Virus record (IMG/VR): IMGVR_UViG_3300047323_000477
Span: 304-64,303 of that record
Reading direction: 5' to 3' (one strand)
Source of the DNA: a virus
Taxonomy: Duplodnaviria > Caudoviricetes
Length of the DNA stretch: 64,000 nt
Positions within the stretch are counted from its first letter, which is position 1. The number at the start of each line of letters is the position of its first letter. The position numbers were made by a program, and so were the translations under genes. The notes beneath the pieces were generated by a model. It had not been told where the DNA came from. It did not search any database and was given only the letters and a program-made list of their open reading frames with translations. Below are positions 27,998 through 36,934 of the stretch, one piece after another.

Positions 27998-28386
27998 GCG
28001 TTCCAGACGACATCCGCGCCCTCGTCTATGCCCTGTACAAGCTGGGCGGCGGTGAACTCCGCCGCGGCCAGGCCGGCATTCGCGTCAACCTGTCGGGCCT
28101 GAACACGGGATCGAAGACCCCGTGGACGGACTGCTTCAGCGTCGACATGAGCGTTGAGACGTTCGCCCGGCTCGTCAAGGCAGCCGAGCAGGAAGTACAG
28201 CCCGCACAGGCCCCGCTGGTGGCGGCCCAGTCCGCCTCGGGTACGGACATCGACCCGCTTCTCGAGCAGGACCTGGAGGAGCACTGCATCGGTCTCGACA
28301 CGGACTTCCTGATGTCGATGGCCGCGCAGGACCCGCACCGGGCTGTGGCCGCGTTCGACGAGATCACCCGCGAGGGCGAGCTGTGA
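27994..28386 (+). CDS. Hypothetical protein
   Basis: ATGA coupling. Confidence 0.7.
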   Translation: MSVPDDIRALVYALYKLGGGELRRGQAGIRVNLSGLNTGSKTPWTDCFSVDMSVETFARLVKAAEQEVQPAQAPLVAAQSASGTDIDPLLEQDLEEHCIGLDTDFLMSMAAQDPHRAVAAFDEITREGEL

Positions 28387-28520
28387 CCGCCGCCGAGCAG
28401 CAGGCCAACGCCAACGCTGCCGCCGAACTGCAGGCCGCTCTCGAGCGCGCTGCCGCCGACCTGAAGGCCGCACAGGAAGCCCTGGCCCGCCTCACCGAAG
28501 TCTCCGGAGGCCAGAAGTGA
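28383..28520 (+). CDS. Small helical protein (45 aa)
   Basis: GTGA coupling on both sides. Confidence 0.55.
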   Translation: MTAAEQQANANAAAELQAALERAAADLKAAQEALARLTEVSGGQK

Positions 28521-28906
28521 CCGCCGTTCACACCGAGGGCAACGCCGTTCCGCCCCTGGATGACGACCTCGCCTACGCCCTCGACCGCACGGCCGATGTC
28601 CACGCCGGCATCGACCTCATCCGCGACGGGATCCGCCTGATCGCCCTCGACCGCCTCGACATCGACAAGACCCAGACCGTCATCGGCTTCCTCGCCGGAA
28701 TGCCCGAAGGCAACGACGTCCTCACCGCCCTCGCCCACCTTGTGGCCCGACTCTCCAACGCCGACACCAACCCGTCCCTCCGCACCCTGCCCCTCGACCA
28801 GCAGAAGACCGCCCAGCACCACGGCGAACAGGCCGCCCTCCACCTGACCGACGAATGGCTCCACCAGCACGCATCCGAAGCCTCCGCCGCCATCGACGGC
28901 ATCTGA
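28517..28906 (+). CDS. Hypothetical protein
   Basis: RBS GGAGG; coupled ORF. Confidence 0.72.
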   Translation: MTAVHTEGNAVPPLDDDLAYALDRTADVHAGIDLIRDGIRLIALDRLDIDKTQTVIGFLAGMPEGNDVLTALAHLVARLSNADTNPSLRTLPLDQQKTAQHHGEQAALHLTDEWLHQHASEASAAIDGI

Positions 28907-28924
28907 CCCGAAAGGACCAACGAC

Positions 28925-29074
28925 ATGCCCGACACCCGAGAGCCCGTACAGCTCGCGGCGGACGTCATCCGCGAGGCCGTGACCTGCGAGCGAGAGCAGT
29001 GCCTGCCGGAGGACCACCAGCGCTTCGTCGCCGAGAACATGCGGATCGCATCCGAGCAGATCAACAACTCCTAA
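28925..29074 (+). CDS. Small protein (49 aa)
   Basis: RBS AAAGGA; MPDTREPVQLAADVIRE. Confidence 0.55.
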   Translation: MPDTREPVQLAADVIREAVTCEREQCLPEDHQRFVAENMRIASEQINNS

Positions 29075-29165
29075 CCCCCCGCCGGGGTCCGGTTGCCGAG
29101 CCGACAGACGACCGGACCCCACCCCCCGACCACCCGCCAGAACATCCCCGGAAGGAACCAGAACC

Positions 29166-29321
29166 ATGAGCGACGCAATCCAGGCCGCAGCAGACGCCGT
29201 CCGAGCCCACCAGCAGGCCCCCGACACCGCGACCCTCCACGACATGCAGCAGAAGGTCCAGGACGCCCAGAACCAGGGCGCCAGCCTCCAGGACATCGCC
29301 GCCGCCAACCGCAACGCCTGA
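29166..29321 (+). CDS. Small protein (51 aa)
   Basis: RBS AAGGA; MSDAIQAAADAVRAH. Confidence 0.6.
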   Translation: MSDAIQAAADAVRAHQQAPDTATLHDMQQKVQDAQNQGASLQDIAAANRNA

Positions 29322-29430
29322 CCACCACAGCCCCGGCATTCACGCCGCGAAGGCGCCGGATCGACTCCGGCCCGGGGCACGCACCGCACCACCCGGCCAC
29401 CCGCCAGCACCAGCCAGGAAGGACCACCCC

Positions 29431-29592
29431 ATGGACGCCAACACCGCCCCCGCCCCGCACCAGCCCGCCAACGACGCCGACGCCCGCGAAGCCGCCCGCC
29501 AGATCCTCGGCGATGGCTTCGACCACGTCCTGACCGGCGACTGGCACCAGACCCTCGCCGAGGCCGCCGCCCTCTGGGCCCCCGCCGCCTGA
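29431..29592 (+). CDS. Small protein (53 aa)
   Basis: RBS AAGGA; TGATG overlap with the next gene. Confidence 0.55.
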   Translation: MDANTAPAPHQPANDADAREAARQILGDGFDHVLTGDWHQTLAEAAALWAPAA

Positions 29593-29723
29593 TGCGCAGC
29601 CACTACGCCGCCTACATCTTCCTGACCCTCGCCCTGCTCGCCGCCTACACCGACCAACCCGTCCCCGCGCTCGTCAGCGCAGGACTCGCCGCAATCACCT
29701 GGAAAGGAAACCGAAAGCGATGA
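29592..29723 (+). CDS. Small membrane peptide (43 aa, Spd-like)
   Basis: Hydrophobic; overlaps the start of the spdB-like gene. Confidence 0.5.
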   Translation: MRSHYAAYIFLTLALLAAYTDQPVPALVSAGLAAITWKGNRKR

Positions 29724-30856
29724 CCACCAAGCCCGCCCAGCAGGCAGCCGCCACCAACGCCCCCGTGCGCTCGCTCACCGGCGGGCAGAAGTGGGTGCTC
29801 GCCCTTGCCACCATCCCGATGATCGCCGTCGGTATCGCCGGCGCCATCGGTACCTACGCCAACGCCACCGCCGAACTCCACCGCTCCGAGACCGCCATCG
29901 GCGTCGTCGCGGCCGGTGAGGGCGCCACCCTCGTCGCCGCCATCGTGATGATCGGCGTCACGATGCTCGGCCAGGCAGCCCCCTTCATCGTTCGATCCGC
30001 CCTCTGGGCCCTTCCCGCCGCAGCCTCCACCATGGGCATCGTCATCGCCCCCCACGCCAAGGAAGCCGTCGTCTACGGGCTCACCCCCCTCGCGATGACG
30101 GCATCCGCCGAAGGCATCAGCTTCCTCGCCCGCCGGATCGTCTCCCACACCACCGGAGTCGACGTCGAGGCGCAGCGCCGCAACGCCGAGACGATGCGCC
30201 AGGTCGCCTACCACGCAGCCCGTGCGGAGCGGCACCCCGACGAGAAGGTCCGGGCGAAGTCGGCTCTGACGGCGTGGAAGCTCATGAGCCAGATCGGAAG
30301 CGGAGACGCCGAGCTCGGCTCAGGACTCATCTCTGTGCAGCGGGACCGGCTCACCGATGGAGCCGACGCGGCTCTCGTGGCCATGCTTGGCGGCACCCGT
30401 GAGCCCTCCCTGGCTCGGCCGGTGAGCCGGGCCATCGAGTCGGGTGAGCCGACCGTTGAGCCGACTCGTGAGCTGCCCGGCAGCGCCGTGAGCCTGACCG
30501 GGAACACGGAGCCGAACCAGGACGCCACCCCTCGCACTCTGACCGACCCGGCAACGATCACCGCACCGGCTGACCAGCAGCTTCGCCGTGAGCCCGTCTT
30601 GATCCCGGCTGAGCCGACCTTCGCCAAGACCGTCGAGCTGAGCACTGAGACGACCGCCACTGAGCCCGCTGAGACGGAGACCGGCTCAGACGAGAAGGAG
30701 CAGCAGATCGCCACGCTGGCTCACCGGCTCACGCTCGGCGACCGGCTCACCAAGACCACCGCGGCTCAGATCCTCGGAGTGAGCCCGGCCACCGCAGGCC
30801 GTCGGCTCAAGGACGCCCGCGACCGCATCAGCGACGGAACGGGGATGTACCTGTGA
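29720..30856 (+). CDS. SpdB2/DUF2637-like plasmid spread membrane protein with C-terminal HTH
   Basis: Four N-terminal TM helices; low-complexity linker; LTKTTAAQILGVSPATAGRRL HTH; context between Kor and TraB. Confidence 0.78.
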   Translation: MTTKPAQQAAATNAPVRSLTGGQKWVLALATIPMIAVGIAGAIGTYANATAELHRSETAIGVVAAGEGATLVAAIVMIGVTMLGQAAPFIVRSALWALPAAASTMGIVIAPHAKEAVVYGLTPLAMTASAEGISFLARRIVSHTTGVDVEAQRRNAETMRQVAYHAARAERHPDEKVRAKSALTAWKLMSQIGSGDAELGSGLISVQRDRLTDGADAALVAMLGGTREPSLARPVSRAIESGEPTVEPTRELPGSAVSLTGNTEPNQDATPRTLTDPATITAPADQQLRREPVLIPAEPTFAKTVELSTETTATEPAETETGSDEKEQQIATLAHRLTLGDRLTKTTAAQILGVSPATAGRRLKDARDRISDGTGMYL

Positions 30857-30859
30857 GCC
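30285..30859. repeat. Dense TGAGCC/GGCTCA hexamer array
   Basis: By manual count, 11 TGAGCC and 8 GGCTCA in about 575 bp, in several reading frames. Confidence 0.85.
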
Positions 30860-31371
30860 AGATCAGCATCGACCAGAAGCGCCCGCGGGCCGTTTCCTCG
30901 TCCGCGTTCACGAGCCCCGACATCCGCCCCACCGGCCCGGCCGGTATCCAGACCCCGGCCGTGGAGCTGGGGCACGCGGATACCCCGCCATGGAGCCATC
31001 GGCTTCTGCCCCCGTTCATCCGAGGGTTACTCGCTGACCTCGGCTGGTGGCAGGACCCGGCACCGCAACTGCCGTCCGTCCACCTCGAGCAGACCCTGGC
31101 CGTCCTCAAGAAGTACGGGTGGTGCCAGTCCCTCGACGTCACCCCCACCGGCCGGCTCTGCATCCGCGGCGCCCAGAACGTCCTCGAGAAGACCGGCCAC
31201 ACCACCCCGGAGGCCCGCGAAAAGGCCGTCGGCTACATGCAACAGGCCCTCGCCCAGGCCGGAATCAGCATGCAGTTCTTCGCCTGGAACGACCTGCCTG
31301 ACCAGCAGTTTTCCGCAGTTGAGGCCCTTCTGACGGGGGCCGCCCGCCTTGCCCGAGAGAACGGAGAGTAA
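30853..31371 (+). CDS. DUF6197-like protein
   Basis: VLKKYGWCQ...GRLCIRGA...FAWND; in-frame TTA codon at 31027. Confidence 0.72.
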   Translation: MSQISIDQKRPRAVSSSAFTSPDIRPTGPAGIQTPAVELGHADTPPWSHRLLPPFIRGLLADLGWWQDPAPQLPSVHLEQTLAVLKKYGWCQSLDVTPTGRLCIRGAQNVLEKTGHTTPEAREKAVGYMQQALAQAGISMQFFAWNDLPDQQFSAVEALLTGAARLARENGE

Positions 31372-31374
31372 AAA

Positions 31375-31980
31375 ATGTCCGCCCCCGAAGACGAATTCGA
31401 GCGCATCATCAAGGAATTCCGCGTGAACCCCTCCGAAATCATCGACCAGAACCCCTACAACGCCCCCACGCAGCACCAGAAGGCGGGCCTCACGAAGCGC
31501 GGAAAGGCCGCCCTCGGAATCGGTGCCGCGGTAATCGCCGGTGGCAGCCTGATCGGCTACCAGGTGCATTCCGCGAACGTCGCGGAACAGGAGACCAAGG
31601 CACAGGAACTCGCCGTGAAGTCGCAGGCCCTGGAGCTGGAGAAACTCCGCGAGACGAACCGCGCGAACGAATCCGACCGTAAGGAGAAGGCCAGCCAGGC
31701 GAAGGCCCGCCAGGCGTCCATCAACACGTGCGTGAAGGACAGCTCGGACCTGGTCGGCAAGGGCTTCGGCTCCCCGTCGCACCGGGACCTCGTGGACGAC
31801 TGCCAGGCCCAGTACGCCGACATCCCGGCCAGCGGCGACATGGAGGCCGCGGCCTCCGCTCAGGACACCGACAACAGCAACGGAGGCGGCGTGAACCAGG
31901 GCCTCCTGATCGGCGGCGGTGTCCTCGTCCTGTTCCTCGTGGGCGCCGCCAAGAAGGGCACCCGAACCAACCCCGCCTAG
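31375..31980 (+). CDS. Membrane protein with coiled coil (2 TM), transfer-associated
   Basis: RBS GGAG; TM - coiled coil - Cys pair - TM layout. Confidence 0.75.
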   Translation: MSAPEDEFERIIKEFRVNPSEIIDQNPYNAPTQHQKAGLTKRGKAALGIGAAVIAGGSLIGYQVHSANVAEQETKAQELAVKSQALELEKLRETNRANESDRKEKASQAKARQASINTCVKDSSDLVGKGFGSPSHRDLVDDCQAQYADIPASGDMEAAASAQDTDNSNGGGVNQGLLIGGGVLVLFLVGAAKKGTRTNPA

Positions 31981-32109
31981 TTACTTCCCACTTCCTCCCA
32001 GCCCGAGAATGCCCGATCTTCGCCTCCCAGGGGGCGTCTGAACGGGCCTTTTCGGGGGCGGGAAGTCAGTAGGAAGTGATCACCGACACCAGAGAGAGTG
32101 AGGAATGTT

Positions 32110-33933
32110 GTGGCATCCGACGCGATCAATCCGGCAGTTCCCGGCCCGGCCGACCCGCCCGACGCGAACGCCCCTGGCCGCCCCGCCGAGGGTCTGATCG
32201 CGTCCCTGCTCGCCCCCGTCGCACCCGCCCGGCCGACGTTCGACCTGACCGCTCCTGCGGGGGCGGGCGGGGCCACGGACGCGGCCGTCACGGGCGTCTC
32301 CAGCGCCGCCTTCCACGGCACTGAGGAGGCCACCCAGCAGGACAGCAAGGCCGCGGCCAACAGTGCCCAGAAGAAGGGCATCTGGCGGGCGTGGATGCTG
32401 GCCGGCGCAGCCCGCTGGGGACGGGGCGGCGGTACGCAGAACAAGCGCCTGGACATGAAGAAGGCAAAGGCTCAGGCGCAGCAGGTGAAGGAGACCCGAA
32501 CGGTTTCGATAAACCGCTCTCCTGCCCCGCTCAGTAAGGGTTCTTTCGGCGCCGGTTCGAAGGGATCTAGCAATAAGTCTCTGAATTCGAAGGGTAATTC
32601 TGGCGGTGCGGTGAAGGGCCCGCAGAATTCCAACGGGAAGGCTCACCAGGGTCCCGCCGGGCGTTCCGGAAACGGTGCCGGAACAGGCCCTGGTGGCAGC
32701 GGTGGCCGCGGACCGAGTGGCGGCCGCACAACCAACGGGCCGGGTGGGCGAGGTGACAGCGCTTCCCCGAAGAGCCCCAAGACGGATGCCGGTGGCCGCC
32801 GTACCCCGAAGCAGGAGAAGACCAGCCTGACGAAGGGCGGCACCACCAACAGCCCGAAGGACACGTCGGGTGGTTCCGCGGGCGGGAAGAAGGGCGCCCC
32901 GGGGCCGGCAGGCAGCCCCGGCAAGAGCGGCGGTACGGGCAGTGGCGGTTCGACCGGCGGCAGCAAGGGATCCGGTTCCGGCTGGTTCTCCAGCAGCAAG
33001 AACGGCAAGACCCCCGCCGCCAAGGACGCCCCCACCAGCAAGGACACCAAGCAGGCCCCGGCCCAGGGCGACAAGACGGCGAAGGGCAAGGACACCAAGG
33101 CCGCCCCCACCCCCGGCTCTGCCGCCACGGACCCGGCCAAGACGAACGGTAAGACGAAGGTCAACCTGCTCAAGCGCAAGCGCCAGACCCCCGACATGGC
33201 CGGCCAGAAGAGCAGCCCGGACACCCCGGCCAACGGGAAGCGGTTCTCCACCCGGGAGTCCCGCGAGACCGGATACCGCGACGGCACCCGCGCCGCGAAG
33301 GTCGCCGCCCACACCAAGGCGTACCGCGACGGCGTCAAGGACGGATGGGCCGACACCACCCAGGCCGCCGACCAGCAAAAGAGCCGCCTGGACGAGGCAC
33401 ACCAGGCACGCATCAAGGCCCGAGACGAGGAGAAGCCCGTGACCGGCATAGAAACCAGCGCGGACTACCACCAGCCCGAACCGATCGGCGTGAAGGAGGT
33501 CACCACCTCACACGTCGTCCTCGGCGACGGCGCGGCAAGGGAGTCCCTGAGCCGCGCCGAGGTTCGCTCCCTGAAGGGCTTCGAGCGGCGCCTGGAAGCG
33601 AAGACCGGAACCATGACGAAGATCGGGGAGCAGACGAAGTCCCTGAAGGGGCACGCCGACGAGCAGGCGAAGAAGGTCACCAAGCTCCTCGAGGACGCCA
33701 AGGCCGTCAAGGGCGGCGAGAAGCTGGCCGGCAGCCTCGCCAAGCTGCAGGAGGCCGCCGCAGTCCAGGCCGGCAAGGCCGAAGACATCCACAAGCGGGC
33801 CGTCCGCGCAGCCGAGGGCTGCGGCGTGGCCCTGGCCAACGTTGAGACCCGGTACGGCGGCATGTACAAGGCCGTCGTCGACTCCGACGAGACCGCCCCC
33901 GCCGAACTCCGCTTCTACAAGGACCAGGGGTGA
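32110..33933 (+). CDS. Large Gly/Lys-rich transfer-associated protein (TraA-like position)
   Basis: Long ORF with low-complexity middle and helical C-terminus; lies upstream of traB; start codon uncertain (32098 or 32110). Confidence 0.72.
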   Translation: MASDAINPAVPGPADPPDANAPGRPAEGLIASLLAPVAPARPTFDLTAPAGAGGATDAAVTGVSSAAFHGTEEATQQDSKAAANSAQKKGIWRAWMLAGAARWGRGGGTQNKRLDMKKAKAQAQQVKETRTVSINRSPAPLSKGSFGAGSKGSSNKSLNSKGNSGGAVKGPQNSNGKAHQGPAGRSGNGAGTGPGGSGGRGPSGGRTTNGPGGRGDSASPKSPKTDAGGRRTPKQEKTSLTKGGTTNSPKDTSGGSAGGKKGAPGPAGSPGKSGGTGSGGSTGGSKGSGSGWFSSSKNGKTPAAKDAPTSKDTKQAPAQGDKTAKGKDTKAAPTPGSAATDPAKTNGKTKVNLLKRKRQTPDMAGQKSSPDTPANGKRFSTRESRETGYRDGTRAAKVAAHTKAYRDGVKDGWADTTQAADQQKSRLDEAHQARIKARDEEKPVTGIETSADYHQPEPIGVKEVTTSHVVLGDGAARESLSRAEVRSLKGFERRLEAKTGTMTKIGEQTKSLKGHADEQAKKVTKLLEDAKAVKGGEKLAGSLAKLQEAAAVQAGKAEDIHKRAVRAAEGCGVALANVETRYGGMYKAVVDSDETAPAELRFYKDQG

Positions 33934-33939
33934 CCAGCC

Positions 33940-34317
33940 ATGGCTGACCTGACGTACAAGCAGCTCCAGAAGGCCGTGACTGACCTCGCGAAGGACGTTG
34001 CCAAGGGATCGGACGCCATTCGGACCGTTGCCCGGCAGATCGACGAAGAGGCGCAGGACACGGCCCGCGTTGCCGAGGCGATCGCCGGGGTGGGAGTCGA
34101 CCGCGACACCGTCTCCGAGACCAGCGAACTGTCAAAGATCATGCGTGGGGTGTCCGAAGCCGCCCTCGCCTACGCGTCCGCCGGCGACAACACGACCAAA
34201 GCCGCCAAGGCCGCATACGACCAGGCCCACACCACCCACAACGGGATACAGGAGGCCTACTCCCGCTCCACCGTCAACATCAGCAACCTCAACCGCGAAT
34301 GGCTGCGCCAGGAATAG
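33940..34317 (+). CDS. Small helical transfer-associated protein
   Basis: 125 aa helical hairpin directly upstream of traB. Confidence 0.75.
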   Translation: MADLTYKQLQKAVTDLAKDVAKGSDAIRTVARQIDEEAQDTARVAEAIAGVGVDRDTVSETSELSKIMRGVSEAALAYASAGDNTTKAAKAAYDQAHTTHNGIQEAYSRSTVNISNLNREWLRQE

Positions 34318-34400
34318 CGGACCCGACGGGCGGGACCAGGAGGCACCCCGGTCCCGCCCCCCATACCCCGGACTACCTACAACCCACGAAGGAGTATCCA

Positions 34401-36680
34401 GTGACCACCAACGCCACGACCACCCCGCGCGCCACGTCCGCTGAGCGCACCGCAGCCATTGTCACAACCGCCGCGCCCGTCGCCGTCGGCCTCGTGGCTC
34501 CGTTCCTCGACGGCGGCGCCGCACTGACCGCAGCCATTGCCTACGCTGGCGCGGCCAGCGTGACCGCCCTGAACTACTTTGAGCGCCTCCCGCAGGCCCT
34601 GACAGACAACCTCCCCGCAGAGGACATCGTCCAGGCCCACAAGACCCCGCTGTTCATCTGCACCATCACCACCGGAATGTCCCTCGGCATGGGCAGCATC
34701 ATGGGACCGGACGGCGCCGATGCATTGATGGCAGGAATGCTCGACCCGATGTCCATCCCTGGCATCGTGTCCCTCGGCTGGTGGGCTGCTGTCGCCCTCG
34801 TGCCGTGGAAGCTGCGCAACGTCCTCGGCCGCAAGCCCAAGGCAGCCACCCTCGTGCAGGGCGCCCCGGTGGGTGCACCCGCGCCCGCCCTGCCGCTCAC
34901 CGGCGCGCAGGCGATCCTCAAGCGGTGGGCAGAGCACGTATCCCACCCCCAGAACGGGGCACACCGGGGACAGGAGCTCACCGTCCGCACCTGCGGGACC
35001 ACCCGCTGGGTCGGCACCATCACCGCCCCTGTCGGATCGTCCGTCACCGTCACCGCGGAGACGGTGTCCTCCGTCTACCAGATCCCCGCCGCATGGATCT
35101 CCTTCAAGGCCGGCGCCCACGCAGGGGAGCGCCACATCGCCGTGAACCTGACCGCCCCCGCCGACCTCGACCCGTCCACCCTGACCGGGGCGTGGAAGAA
35201 GTGGGTGGCCAAGCCCAACGGCCTCATGGCCGGCACCCACCTCAAGGACCTCCGGGACGACCCCAACACCGGCGGGCAGGTCGCCCTCATCGTTGCCGGA
35301 GACGACCTCGACCGCCTTCGCCACCCCGACCGCATGGACCTTGCCGGAGCCATGCGCGTCACCAACCCGCTGCTGATCTCCTACGAGCCCCGCCAGAACC
35401 CCCGCGAAGCCGTCATCCGCAAGATGGACCGCAACCCCCTCGAGCAGGGCACCCCGTTCCCCGGCGTGCACGTCCTCAAGGCCAACGCCAACGGCTACAT
35501 CGAACTCGGCCGAGGCGTCTCTGGATTCCCCGCCCGCATCCAGCTCCACGACCCGGCACTCGGCGCCCAGCACTGCATCGTCGCCGGGGTCACCGGCTCC
35601 GGAAAGGGCGGCACCCTCCAGCTCATCGCCCTCGCCCACCACGTCAACGGATCCGCGATCATCTACGCCGACCCCAAGGGATCCTCGAACCCGGCGATCG
35701 AGACGATGGCCGCCTACTCCGGTCTCGGCCCGGACGACGCCATGGGGGCCCTCCGCCTCTGGTACCACGGCCTCCAGCACCGGGTTGCAGAGTCCGCGCG
35801 CCTCAGCATGAAGAACTTCAAGCCCAGCCCAGACCGCCCGTGGGCGCCCCTCATCCTCGACGAGGCCAGCAAACTCCTCGGAGAGAACGCCGAGCACCGC
35901 AAGGAAGCCACCTTCATCATCAACGCCGGCGCCACCTTGGGCCGCTCCCTCGGCATGCCCGTCATCCTCGCCAACCAGCTCATGCAGCTCGCTCAGCTCG
36001 GCGGAGACGCCGCGATCCGCGACAACGTCTTCTACGGCGGATCCCTGATCCTCCTCCGCTCCGACTCTCAGCAGAAGCACCTCATCGACCTCCCCGAGAA
36101 CTTCGCCGGCTGCAACCCCGCCGACATCCCCCCGGCCTGGTCTGGCGACCGCGACATGGTCTACGACCCCAACACCCCGCCGGACGACCCGAAGCGCACC
36201 TTCGGACTCGCGTTCGCCGCCAGCCCCGGCGCCCACGCCGAGATGATGCGGAACTGGATCCTCGAGGACGCCACCCCGCACATCGACACCGACAACATCG
36301 TCATCCCCGCCGACTGGCCGTTCTGGGACCAGCGCCACGAGCTCGCCACCCAGTCCGTCCTCCCCGACGACCAGGCCGGCAGCGACGATGACGACGACTT
36401 CGCCAGCGGCATGCTGTTCGGCTCCGTCAACGTGTCGAAGAAGGGCCCCTCGGCCGACGACAAGATCCTCCGGGCGCTTGAGGAGATCGCCGACCCGCTC
36501 GGCCTCGAGGTCATCTACAAGGACAAGGCCGAGATCGCCGTCCTCGCCAGGCTGGAAGGCTCCACCTTCGACAACGCCCTGTCCCGCCTGTACAAGGCCG
36601 AGAAGATCCACCGCCAGATGAGGGACGGCAAGGAAGTCCGCGGCTACTACGGCCTCGGCCCGGCCCCCGAAGACCAATGA
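34401..36680 (+). CDS. traB: TraB-like FtsK/SpoIIIE conjugal DNA translocase
   Basis: N-terminal TM helices; Walker A GVTGSGKG; Walker B LILDEA; C-terminal wHTH (STFDNALSRL); RBS AAGGAG. Confidence 0.85.
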   Translation: MTTNATTTPRATSAERTAAIVTTAAPVAVGLVAPFLDGGAALTAAIAYAGAASVTALNYFERLPQALTDNLPAEDIVQAHKTPLFICTITTGMSLGMGSIMGPDGADALMAGMLDPMSIPGIVSLGWWAAVALVPWKLRNVLGRKPKAATLVQGAPVGAPAPALPLTGAQAILKRWAEHVSHPQNGAHRGQELTVRTCGTTRWVGTITAPVGSSVTVTAETVSSVYQIPAAWISFKAGAHAGERHIAVNLTAPADLDPSTLTGAWKKWVAKPNGLMAGTHLKDLRDDPNTGGQVALIVAGDDLDRLRHPDRMDLAGAMRVTNPLLISYEPRQNPREAVIRKMDRNPLEQGTPFPGVHVLKANANGYIELGRGVSGFPARIQLHDPALGAQHCIVAGVTGSGKGGTLQLIALAHHVNGSAIIYADPKGSSNPAIETMAAYSGLGPDDAMGALRLWYHGLQHRVAESARLSMKNFKPSPDRPWAPLILDEASKLLGENAEHRKEATFIINAGATLGRSLGMPVILANQLMQLAQLGGDAAIRDNVFYGGSLILLRSDSQQKHLIDLPENFAGCNPADIPPAWSGDRDMVYDPNTPPDDPKRTFGLAFAASPGAHAEMMRNWILEDATPHIDTDNIVIPADWPFWDQRHELATQSVLPDDQAGSDDDDDFASGMLFGSVNVSKKGPSADDKILRALEEIADPLGLEVIYKDKAEIAVLARLEGSTFDNALSRLYKAEKIHRQMRDGKEVRGYYGLGPAPEDQ

Positions 36681-36884
36681 CCCGCAGGGGGAACCGGGGG
36701 AGGAGCAGCCCGGACAAACCCCTGATCGTGCGCCACGATTGAGTTGCACGGCCGGTCAGGGAGCCCCGGTGTCCCCGCGCCCACTCCCCGGCCAGGCCGT
36801 GCAACGCATAGCCACCCGGAACGCGGGCAGCAGACCGAACAACCCCGCTCGAGCCGGTACTTCCCCCGACCTGCTCGAGACACC

Positions 36885-36920
36885 CGGCCCCCATCAGGCA
36901 CCCCCCGCCTGGTGGGGGCC
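36885..36920. terminator. Bidirectional terminator hairpin
   Basis: GGCCCCCATCAGGC...GCCTGGTGGGGGCC between convergent genes. Confidence 0.65.
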
Positions 36921-36934
36921 GCGGCATGCCCCGG

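Noticed and set aside
33940-36680. Type VII secretion reading (WXG100 protein plus EccC ATPase)
   Set aside because: No WxG motif and only one ATPase domain followed by a wHTH; Kor and Spd neighbours favour TraB
34377-36749. 790-aa minus-strand ORF, and similar long antisense ORFs at 42611-44422, 54786-56741, 57283-59124 and 61466-63346
   Set aside because: These are shadow ORFs of high-GC3 genes with no motifs or RBS, unlike the antisense ORF at 46044-46694
36681-36930. Possible clt (8-bp TraB recognition repeats) downstream of traB
   Set aside because: Only scattered CCCGG words, as expected at this GC content; no regular direct-repeat array
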